Of a DNA stretch of 64,000 bases, positions 53,879 through 64,000 are shown piece after piece. The notes beneath the pieces are model-generated. The model did no database searches. It was not told the origin of the DNA and saw only the letters and a list, made by a program, of their open reading frames with translations. How positions within the stretch are numbered: position 1 is the stretch's first letter; each line of letters begins with the position of its first letter. Origin of the DNA: Octopus bimaculoides (Eukaryota); assembly GCF_001194135.2 (NCBI RefSeq), contig NC_068983.1, positions 11,660,518-11,724,517 of the forward strand, given 5' to 3'. The translations under genes were made by a program, and so were the position numbers.

Positions 53879-54349
53879 ATCCTGAGACCAGAGACCCATT
53901 CTAGATTCTTACAACAGAGCAGACTTTACTCAAGGCTTCTACTGGCCAGGAATAGGTGTTAAATGAAGGTATAGAATAGGCTTAAGATAACCATGATAAT
54001 CCAAAGCCAATACCTAAGGGTTTTGTTAGAATGAAATAAGAATGCGATGAAAACTAAATACATAGGAAATGTTTTGAAAAGCTACAACTGAAGTAAAACA
54101 AGGATAAAGCCTGACATATAACATATTTTCTGATGGTTTGGCAACCTGATAAGTGATAATATGAATGTGTGTGTGTGTGTGTGTGTGCGTGTGTGCTCAT
54201 GCATGTGTGCATGTATGTGTTTACTTTGGGATTTATCTGAAGTGTTATCATCTGCAGAATTCAAACCAGTCATTAACAAAGTGACAGGACTCTTTTGCTT
54301 AAGTCAAGACAGCTCTTAAGGCTTGTGGTTATATGAATTAGTCGATGTA

Positions 54350-54393
<44 letters not shown>

Positions 54394-54719
54394 TATTGTG
54401 TGGATGTGTCCCAGTAGAACATGAGTGTCTGTTTCATTACTATTTGTGCGTATGTGTGTGTGTTTATGTCTTCCATCTGTATATGTGAACATGTTCACCC
54501 AGGGAACTCAAATGGAGAATCTCTGAAACGTTTTACAAATTTTCACTGTTCCTCAGATTGATTGTACCCGAAGAATGTGAATCAGTTTGCTCTTTTCGTT
54601 TTTTGGAGAACCAAAACATTTCTAGGTTTCTGAGCAAATCTGTTGTTATGTATCCCAGTACACCTATGATAACAGGAACAAATGAAAATTTATAGCCAAG
54701 ATACAAGAGCTGCATGTGG

Positions 54720-55233
54720 CACCACCACCACCATCAGTTCTCCACAGATGTTTTCTCCTACCCCAATGATCAGAGACACTCAAATCTACCAAACAGCTGA
54801 TGCCACAATGATGCATCTCACATAAAGATATCTGGCCTGTAGTAAGTACACATCAGGTTACTGTTTCTTTTGAAATGTCCCACCAACATTTTGTATTTTT
54901 ATAGGTATGGTTAGTTTTTGGCTCTCAGGTTTCTCTGGCAGGGTCATCACGACAATTCTTCCTATATATGGCATTGCAAACTGCCTTGGGAATAATGTCA
55001 TGCCCCATGGGGAGGCTGTAATCTGTGGACACTCCTGAGTAGCTAACATTGATATGAGTAATATCATCCACAATGGCATGGTACACTCAACACCCTCTGT
55101 CAGAATGTTGGAGTTTAGAGACAGCCATATCTCTTTTGTTGATCACATATCCAGTAGCCATCTCCTGTTCTTGAATAGCAAAGGCATAGCCTCCCAGGTG
55201 AGATGCACCACTCACCATAAGTCCAGGAGAGGC

Positions 55234-55236
<3 letters not shown>
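54720..55236 (-). mobile_element. Degenerate R4/Dong-like (RLE-type) non-LTR retrotransposon fragment, Zn-knuckle region
   Basis: SHLGGYAFAIQEQEMATGY ... DDITHINVS ... HDIIPKAVCNAI ... CWWDISK resembles EGY..AIQEQEI / EDITHI.S.C / RHD..AK / WWD of R4-type ORFs, with stops and frameshifts. Confidence 0.55.

Positions 55237-55293
<57 letters not shown>
55237..55293. repeat. (TG)n microsatellite
   Basis: Direct reading; many other TA, TG and GAT tracts occur in the window. Confidence 0.95.
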
Positions 55294-55296
<3 letters not shown>

Positions 55297-58200
55297 GCAC
55301 AAAAGTAGAAATTTCCATTTCACTAAATATGTTAGAAAAGATAAAACATAATAGGACTTGAATTAACAAATTAATTTCACCACCACTTAACAAGATTCTA
55401 TAGAAGAAAACTTGATATGGCAAAAATATATATATAAAGACAAATTTTTCATAACTTTCTGAAAAATAGTACTTCTAATTTCTATGACAGATTTATTAAA
55501 GTAGATTATTTAAAAATGAAGTACCAAAACAAGTGAAAGAAAAAATGCTTATGATATTTTGAAGAGTCGTTATAGTTATAAGTGAATAAGATGATATATG
55601 ATGCAATTCTCACCTGAAAATAGTCTCAGACTAAAACGGTTAGTTAAAGACGGAATAATAAAGAAATAGATAATTAAAAGAATGTCGATAAAAGAGTAAA
55701 CAGTAAGAAAGTCTTTAATATGTAATAGTGTTTATAGAGCAGATATTTGAGAAATCAATCAATGAGAAAAGAAAAGGATCACACAGAAATATATGAGTCA
55801 GCGAAATAGATTTGGATAAAGGCCATAAATGGCAGTTTAGAAAATGCGAAGTGCTCTAGTGACAGTTTCTAGCTTAGAATGTTGTTTATTGATTAATATT
55901 TTCACAATATTACATGAATAAGAAAACAAAGCAATAAAATAAGAATAATATTTTCAGAGTAAACACTCCAATCCAATCATGAGTTTTTCAACAAGTTACA
56001 AAAGCTATGTAATATCACTGCTGGAATTCCTTCAGTGTTAGACTCAAAGATATTAACATGTTAAATATACTAACATGATAAATTATATAGATGCAGAAGA
56101 ATTATAGAATCCAGCAGACTGAATCAATAGCATCCTACCTACTTAAATTATTAATTCTGCATAGATATACAAAATAAAAACCTTTTAAGGGATAAAGATG
56201 TCCTAACAATGTTTGGCATTTATAGAAATATGTAAACAAACAATAGAAAAGAAAAGAAAAATTTTAAATGACAAAAGATTAACATTTATTTTTTTTTTAA
56301 TCTATAAACCACAAAGATTTCTCAACACTGAGCTTAGAAAATATTCTATGATTATAAAGTCTGAGAGAACATATAGACGTAGAACTTATTCAAAGACAAT
56401 CTATAATGCACAAGGCTTTAGAGAAATATTGCAAATAATTTGAATATTATTTTTAGGTGCAGACATAGCTGTATGGTTACGATGTTTGTTTTGGAGTCAC
56501 AGGGTTTGGAATTTGTTTCTAGGGAATGAACGTTTTCAGCTGGTGTCCTCTACTACAGCTGTGGATTGACCAATACTTTGTGAGTAAAATTTGGTAAAGT
56601 GATGTTATGTTGCCAACTTAACGTGGCAGTCCCATGAAAGGGAAGAATGCGGCTGCTATTTAGCCCTAGGAAACAAATGCTGTCTCACATGGTCCATGCA
56701 TGGAAGAAAGGTGGACATTAAAATGATGACAGTGGTGGCAACGATGGTGACAACAACAACATTTAAATATTGTAAATGTATAAAAAGCTGTTTAAACATT
56801 TTTATACAAACCACTGCAAAACTTAGAACTGATAGCTTCCACTCTTCATGAAAGTTTTTAACAAGGTTGGAACATTAACAATTCATTTCTATAAACTATA
56901 GAATATCTTTCAGAATTGATTTTATTATCTATTGTATACAATATTATATTAATACATATTCTATTTGTTTATAGCTATTGTAGGCTTCCATATGCTAGAA
57001 GGTTGACAGGATTGGAGAATATTAGTTCAATTAGTATTTCATTTACTGATTACTAAAATAGTTTTAGGAGATGGGATGAAGCCAATAGATTTTAAAAACT
57101 GAAGGCTATCAAAAAATCACTCAAGATGGTACAAATAAAACAGCTTATTTTCGAATTAACCTTGATTCTCACATATTCTCATTGGAGGAAGTATGAGAGA
57201 TTTTCATTGATGGGAAATGTAGATTATGTAAATTATTTCTGTTAGAAAGGTAAGTAAGTATAGTCTTGTGTGCGAGGAAAAAGTAGTTTTTGAGAGATGA
57301 ATTTAAGTTATCCGTAATGGATATCTTCAACACATGAGGATATATGTGTCAGAGCAGACAATGATGAAACTATGCAAGTGATTTCTTATGTAATCCATAA
57401 AGAAGGAATTTATCCATATACCAAAGTTTTGTTACTAGCATGCACAGCTACTAACTTTACTTTTAAAGATTTTAGGACAAAAATCCAGCGATGATATAAC
57501 AAAAGGAATCACCACTATATCTGATTTCCAAGAAGCCATAATAGCTACGAAGCAATGAGGAAAACATGAGATTCAAGATGCTTAAATAATTGTTGGCAGA
57601 TAATTGTTAGTAGTCCAAACTTCAGTATAATTGGATCAGATATTTGACAGTAACATTATCTTACGAGTGAGCATCATTTTATCGTTATAATAATGTATGT
57701 ATATCATCATGGCTTCATGATGGTATATTTCCAGACATACACTTTACATATCATAATAATAGGTTCCACCGAAGATTTTGTTTCTATGTCCTAATGGTTT
57801 ATTTTACAATACTATGTAATTCAAATGACAGATTTATGCAGACATATTAAATATCAAGGAAAAAATATAGTTATTTCATATTGGCATGAAGTCTCAGACT
57901 TTTTACGTTTTTCTGGTGCTGTCAGATGATACAGAGTCATCACTACCTTCTACCGTGCTTGCATGCCTTTCCTATCTTGAGCCAGGTTTTTGGTACAATA
58001 TCTTGATTTTCATTTCTTGTTTGTTTCCAAAAGAGAGGTTTCAGTATGTTTCTTAAGTGTTTTTTTTCTTTTTTCTACGAGTTTGAATTTCTGATATCTT
58101 TTCTCAAAACATTACCTGTATATCTCTACTGTCTTTGACAGAGAAAACTGTCATCTAAAAAGTGTTTATTATGTTTGATAGTTTTAAATTCATCATCATC

Positions 58201-61200
58201 ATCATCATCATCATTGTTTAACATCCGCCTTCCATGCTAGCATGGGTTGGACGATTTGACTGAGGACTGGTGAGCCAGATGGCTACACCAGGCTCCAATC
58301 TGATTTGGCAGAGTTTCTACAGCTGGAAGCCCTTCCTAACACCAACCATTCCGAGAGTGTAGTGGGTGCTTTTACGTGCCACCGGCACGAGGGCCAGTCA
58401 GGAGGTACTGGCAACAACCACGCTCAAAATGGTGTATTTTACGTGCCTATTCACCTTTTTTTTTCTATTCTTGTCTTCATCATTTACAACCATATGTGAA
58501 ACTTTTTAAGGGAAGGAACTGAGGGAGCAATAAAAAAAATTTAAAAAACAGAGCTTGAATACAATACTCAGTAGACCAAGAACTTTGTTCAACAGTATTA
58601 AATGCATCACTTGCTGAGAAATAAAGGTACAATAGCCAAATGCACCAAGTACCATATTTCTGGTACATGAATTGTATGATTACATAGTTTTGCTTTCTAC
58701 TGCATTGTAGCTTTGGATAAAACAAGTCTATTTGTCAAGCCTTCTTTGTATGTTTTTATAAAAGTCTTTATCATTACAAATTAAAATATGATGGACAATT
58801 TATTACAAACAAAATCAATTGCACCTTTTGCTTTTGAAAGAGATATTACTAAAGTAGTTAAGAATGATTGGATGAATCAACACTTTCATGATGTGGTTTG
58901 TCTTATATTTTCGTAAGTACAATCATTACTTGTCTCCAGCAAATATATTTTTGCAATAAACTCTTATATTTTATCCATCATCACTTTTTCAAACTACTTC
59001 TTAATTACATTCTTTAAATCTTCTCTAAAGCCATTTGTTGACAAGTCCTAATTCTTTTGAAGCTAATTATAATTTTTGGATTAACTGCATAAATTAAATT
59101 TACAGATGCAGCTATATATTTCTTTTACTCCTTATAAATGGACCAAATATTTTCTTTTCAGTAAAATACATTAAAAAAATTAATCTGACAAAATGATTTT
59201 TATTCCAGATGGCTTATAAAAAAATGAACACCAAAAAATTAGCTACTTTATATAAAGAATAGTTTTGAATTTTATCCCTCTCTCTTCCCTACTTATCATT
59301 ATTGATTTGTATTCTATCCTGATACTAGTTGATTGGATTTACATAACAGTATTTTCCACACAACCCTACCCAACATCATCTTAACAGTGGAGCTTAACTG
59401 AGCCTTGACCTAACAACTTGATTTCATATATTCACTAGATAGCATTGAGGGAGCAACTATAAAAAAACTAAACAAAACAAGCAAAACAATGAAACAACTG
59501 ATTTCTCCTCTATAAATGAAAAGATTTTCATCACATTTTAGAAGCATAATTATATATGACTAACTTTATCTAAAATACTTATTAATTTACATCTACTTCA
59601 TGCTACTCTTAATAATTAGAATATCATGGCAGTTTCTGACCTAACATCTACCATTTATACATAATTGACATGTCTAGCATTGTAATAGAATTCTTTGTAG
59701 TTGATTAGTCAATAAACTGACAGTAATACTGCGACATAAGCTTAACACAGGAAAGAATGTAGCCATCACATGCATCCTGAAACTTAGAACCAGGGATCAG
59801 ATTCAATGACAAAACTGATTAATACAGTAATGGTCTCTGATCCAAGACTGAGCACATAAGCAACTTCCTGCTGCCTTTCCCAAGCTCTTAAGCAGACTTG
59901 GATTTAACACTGACAGATAATATGAAATAAAGATTAACTTAGATATACAGTGCTCTTGTACCTAGCAACGACCAAATGTACCTATCTGTGATACTTATTT
60001 GTAGTCAAACAAATGTGAGAGATTCTAGGTGGTTGTTTGACTTGTTGGTCACATCTGGAATACCTTTGATTATAACCCTGCTCAATCAGGACCAACCTGG
60101 GGCTAAATGCTAACAGTAACCACTTTAGAGTAAATGAACAAACCCATCTCTGCCCACATTCTTGCTCACTCTCTCTCCCTCCTACCCTTGCCTCTGCCAG
60201 AACATCTCTTGTTAACTCCCACACTCTCTCTCTCTCTCTCTGCCTTCATTCTTGTTAAGCCCTGCTCTCTTTCTCTCCCTCTTTTTCTCTTCCTCTCTCT
60301 TTCCGTCTCTCTGGCCTGGTAACTATGGACTTCCTCTACAGCAAGACATCTGTTTCTGCCTCTCTGTCACACTCTAATCTTTCATAATCTGACACAAGAT
60401 CATCTCCTCCAACGACCCCTCCCCTCTCAAAGATTCTTTGTCTTGCAAAATCACTTGATGACCCCCCTGCTAGTGCAGGTGCCACTTAAAAAGCATCCAG
60501 TCCACACCGTAAAGTGGTTGTCATTTGGAAGGGCAAAAACCACACCAAAAAAAAAAAAAAGCACTCAGCCCACTCTGCAGAGTGGTTGGTGTTAGGAAGG
60601 GTATCCAGCTGTAAAACCATACCAAAACACACTCAGGAGCATGGTGCAGACTCCCGCCTGGTCATCTCCTGTCAACCTGTCCAACCCATGCCAGCATGGA
60701 AACAGGACATTAAATGATGATGAGGATGATGCTGATGATAAACTCAGCTAGCAAAACTTGCTCACTGATACAATATGTCAACCTATCAACATTCTGACAG
60801 CATATCATGGACGTGTAATAGTTGCAAATGACCAAGGCTGCAACAATTACATGTCCATGCCTGTAAAATCATTCTTCATGCTATCTCTGATAGATAATTC
60901 TTATATTAAGTCACTTCGTCAGCTGAATTATTTCATGATTTATTATTAAAATTCTCATTGCATATCTAATGAATAATATTCAGCTACTTTAACAACTGCA
61001 TATTTTCAACATATACAGGCCTGCACCATCACACTTTTCATTCATACCTTATATAATCTGCCGTTTTTACAACATGGTTGTTAAACCTGCTAGAAATAGT
61101 AGTCGGATCTCTCTCAAATTACTGTTTTAAAAGAGAAGAGAATACACTGAAGAATGTAGTCCTGCTCAGATCAAACACACAATTCAAAGGCTGAAATGCT

Positions 61201-61309
61201 ATCATCAGAGTTATTTGGGGTCTAAACAAGATAGAGGATCCTTATTTCATTTATTGCAGAACTTTAAACATATTCTACTCATTTTCATCTCTGGAAAATA
61301 TTCTCCTTC

Positions 61310-61725
61310 AAAGAATAAAAAGTTTTGAATGGTACAACAATGGACTATAATGCAAAAAAATGGACTATATACCTGTTGTAATTTAGTTACTCATAGTCTG
61401 ATGATATTTCGGAATACAATTCCTTCTTCAGATATTCTTAGATGGATTCACTGCTATAATCTGTTTTCCAATGGTTTTTTTCTTTTTTTGGAAGCGTCTC
61501 AGCAGTGGTCTCACGAAGCTCCTTTCGGAATTCCTCATGAGAAGTGCGTAAAAAAGAATAACTGTTGGAAAACAGCTTATAGCAGCGACTCCATCTAAGA
61601 ATATCTGAAGAAGGAATTGTATTCCGAAATATCATTGGACTATGGATAACAAAATTACTACAGGTATATAGTCCATTTTTTGTATTATAGTGCATTGTTG
61701 TACCATTCAAAACTTTTCATTCTTT
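61310..61725. repeat. Fold-back (MITE-like) element, about 180-bp inverted arms with a 60-bp spacer
   Basis: 61310-61489 is roughly 90% identical (by eye) to the reverse complement of 61550-61725. Confidence 0.88.
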
Positions 61726-63621
61726 ACAAACGATACACAATGTTTCAAGCAAACTACAATACTCTCCTATTCTCCTTCAAATTTCACTCTAAACAGTAGA
61801 TCACCATAGTAGCTACTAAATAATAGGTGTTTCTGTATACCTTTTCACTAGCAATTCTCATCAACATTTAGAATTAAGTCATTCAGTTTTCATCATTTGT
61901 TCTTGCCACATATTTCTTTATCAGTATGTTTTCTTGCATACGATACTTGATGTATTTAATTCTCAATCATAGCTGCTATATTAGATTGCTTATCAAATAT
62001 GATACTTCAGGATTAATTTGTCGGAAAGAATTATATTGACAGCAGATTAGGTCAAAACAAGAGATTAATAACTAATATTCAAACATAAAGAATCTAACAC
62101 ACATATATAAAAATGAATTCAATGTGTCAGTACAGCAATACTATTAATATCCACATAGAAAACCCAAGTCTGATAATAAAAACCATAGCCTCAGATTACA
62201 TTTTAGTTTACAAAAAATGTTTTTGTTTAAAGGTTTATAGAAAAATAGTGAAACAACTTATTCTATGTATGGGAAAGTTATTTCATTACATTTTAAAGAA
62301 CAGAGATAAACTTGATTATATTTATTTTTATCATTATAGCACTAGTGTTATCAATGATATTTTACATAAAACTAATTGTATGAAATGTTATGCATATCAA
62401 AATATATTAGAATTCAAATAGAATGGATGAGATGAAGCACATAGTTGATAATGTTTCCTCTTCTAATAAAATGTTGNNNNNNNNNNNNNNNNNNNNNNNG
62501 AAATGTTATGCATATCAAAATATATTAGAATTCAAATAGAATGGATGAGATGAAGCACATAGTTGATAATGTTTCCTCTTCTAATAAAATGTTGCCAAAA
62601 TATATATTTTATTTTATTTTAGTACATTTTTCCACGATCAATGATTTTCATTCACGATTAGTGTATATCACATAATTCATACATACTATCCAGATGGTAA
62701 ATAAGAGTTGAGTGCAAGCATATTTCACCCGTAAGCATTTAAACTGGCCATATCTGGCCAAAATATTCTCCCTGCTTTATGTTCAAAATGGACAGATTTA
62801 GCCTTTCACACCCGTCCTACAATGTCATTCAAAAAGTAGACAATAACATCATCAAAATCTCGAAGCTATGGGATGATAAATGATTAATTAAAAATAATTT
62901 TGGTAAATAGAAATTAAATTTGACAGAGTAATCTGAATACTAAAGTGTTAATAAATGAAACAAAAAAAGTATGAAGGGAGAGAAAACAATATTATCTTTT
63001 ATCTTTTACTTGTTTCAGCCATTGGACTGTGGCCATGCTAGAACACTGCCTTCAAGGGTTTAGTCAAATAAATTGACCCAAGTATTTATTTTTAAAAACT
63101 GATATTTATTCTGTCAGTACTTTTTTGTTGAAATGCTAAATTAGGGGGACAAAAATAAGCCAACAGCAAATGTTAAGCAGTTATGTGGCACACACACACA
63201 CACACAGAGATGGGTTTCTTTCAGTTTCTACCAACTAAATCCACTCACAAGACTTTAATTAGCCTGAAGCTATAGTAAAACACACTTGCCTAAGGTGTCA
63301 TGCAGTGGGACTGAACCCTGAGCCACCAGGAGTAAGGGATCACCAACAGATGGTTGATGCAGTGACATGCTGTTACAGCGCATGCCTCCATACTATTACT
63401 ACAAGGGACAAAATTAGCTTGTTGGGGTGGGAACCCTAGTTTGCATATAGGACTCGGGCTGACTTTTTGAAAGTTTTTTGGTAAATACAGGATACAAATC
63501 ATCAAAAGAGAAGTATTATACCAAATATTGATACAGTTACTACTTAGTGGAGAAATCAAAGAGATGAAAGGTACTCAGTGGAAAGTAGAGCTGTTGAGAT
63601 GAGAGTTTGAAATAATACTGA

Positions 63622-63798
63622 TTCCAGATTTTGGCACAAGGCCAGCAATTTCAAGGGAGTGGCTAAGTCAATTACATCGACCCCAGTGTTCAACTAGTAC
63701 TGAAAGGATGAAAGGCAAGGTCGACTCAAAGTGAAGCTGTTAGAAATGGTATTAAGCATTTTGTCTGGCTTGCTCATGATTCTGCCAGATTGCTGCTT
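63622..63798 (-). mobile_element. SINE family B, diverged
   Basis: Reverse-complement similarity to family B. Confidence 0.65.
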
Positions 63799-64000
63799 CA
63801 AGGTTTGTGCTAATATTGACAATACAAATGTTATAGTTGGCAACAAAGCATTTGACTCTGATATCAGTTTGATCAATTTTGCATTTTTTACCATAGGCGT
63901 AGGAGTGGCTGTGTAGTAAGTAGCTTGCTTCCCAACCACATGGTTAAGTGGTGATGGGGTGGGAAGGGGACAAACAGTATATATATATATATATATATAT

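Noticed and set aside
61329-61710. Two similar ORFs on opposite strands
   Set aside because: They are mirror translations of the two arms of one inverted repeat, with no recognisable protein motif.
62382-62594. Exact 95-bp direct repeat on both sides of a 23-N gap
   Set aside because: Typical unmerged contig overlap at a scaffold gap, not a biological duplication.
37848-64000. RIM first coding exon (PDLSHLTEEER-type helix) and any microexons
   Set aside because: No convincing match was seen by eye. A pyrimidine tract near 41740-41775 could precede a microexon but is unsupported; the first exon probably lies beyond the window.

Overview
AT-rich, repeat-dense eukaryotic genomic DNA with four N-gaps (1831-1982, 8060-8667, 13864-14258, 62477-62499). 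From its SINE families and a mollusc-type 5S copy I infer a cephalopod (Octopus-like) draft assembly; this was not checked against a database. The window lies inside one large minus-strand gene, the presynaptic active-zone scaffold RIM (RIMS1/2, unc-10 family). Two coding exons are supported: 37847-37640 (end of the Rab3-binding helix plus most of the Zn finger) and 26055-25328 (last Zn-finger CxxC, the TGAWYH motif and a long charged region). They are joined in phase 0 by an 11.6 kb GT-AG intron. I found no other RIM exons, so the rest is probably intron. It contains several tRNA-derived SINE families, GAT-tailed repeats, CR1-, RTE-, R4/Dong- and Penelope-like fragments, an internally deleted Tc1 element, fold-back elements and microsatellites. 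The most unusual observations are: (1) a tRNA-headed SINE-like element carrying a hammerhead-ribozyme-like core and an inverted copy of its 3' end; (2) a full-length 5S rRNA fused to a SINE inside one target-site duplication; (3) a pre-miRNA-like hairpin 1 kb from the Zn-finger exon; (4) a phase-symmetric two-exon RIM block, bracketed by inverted SINEs, that would form a stop-free circular ORF. All coordinates and alignments were read by eye.
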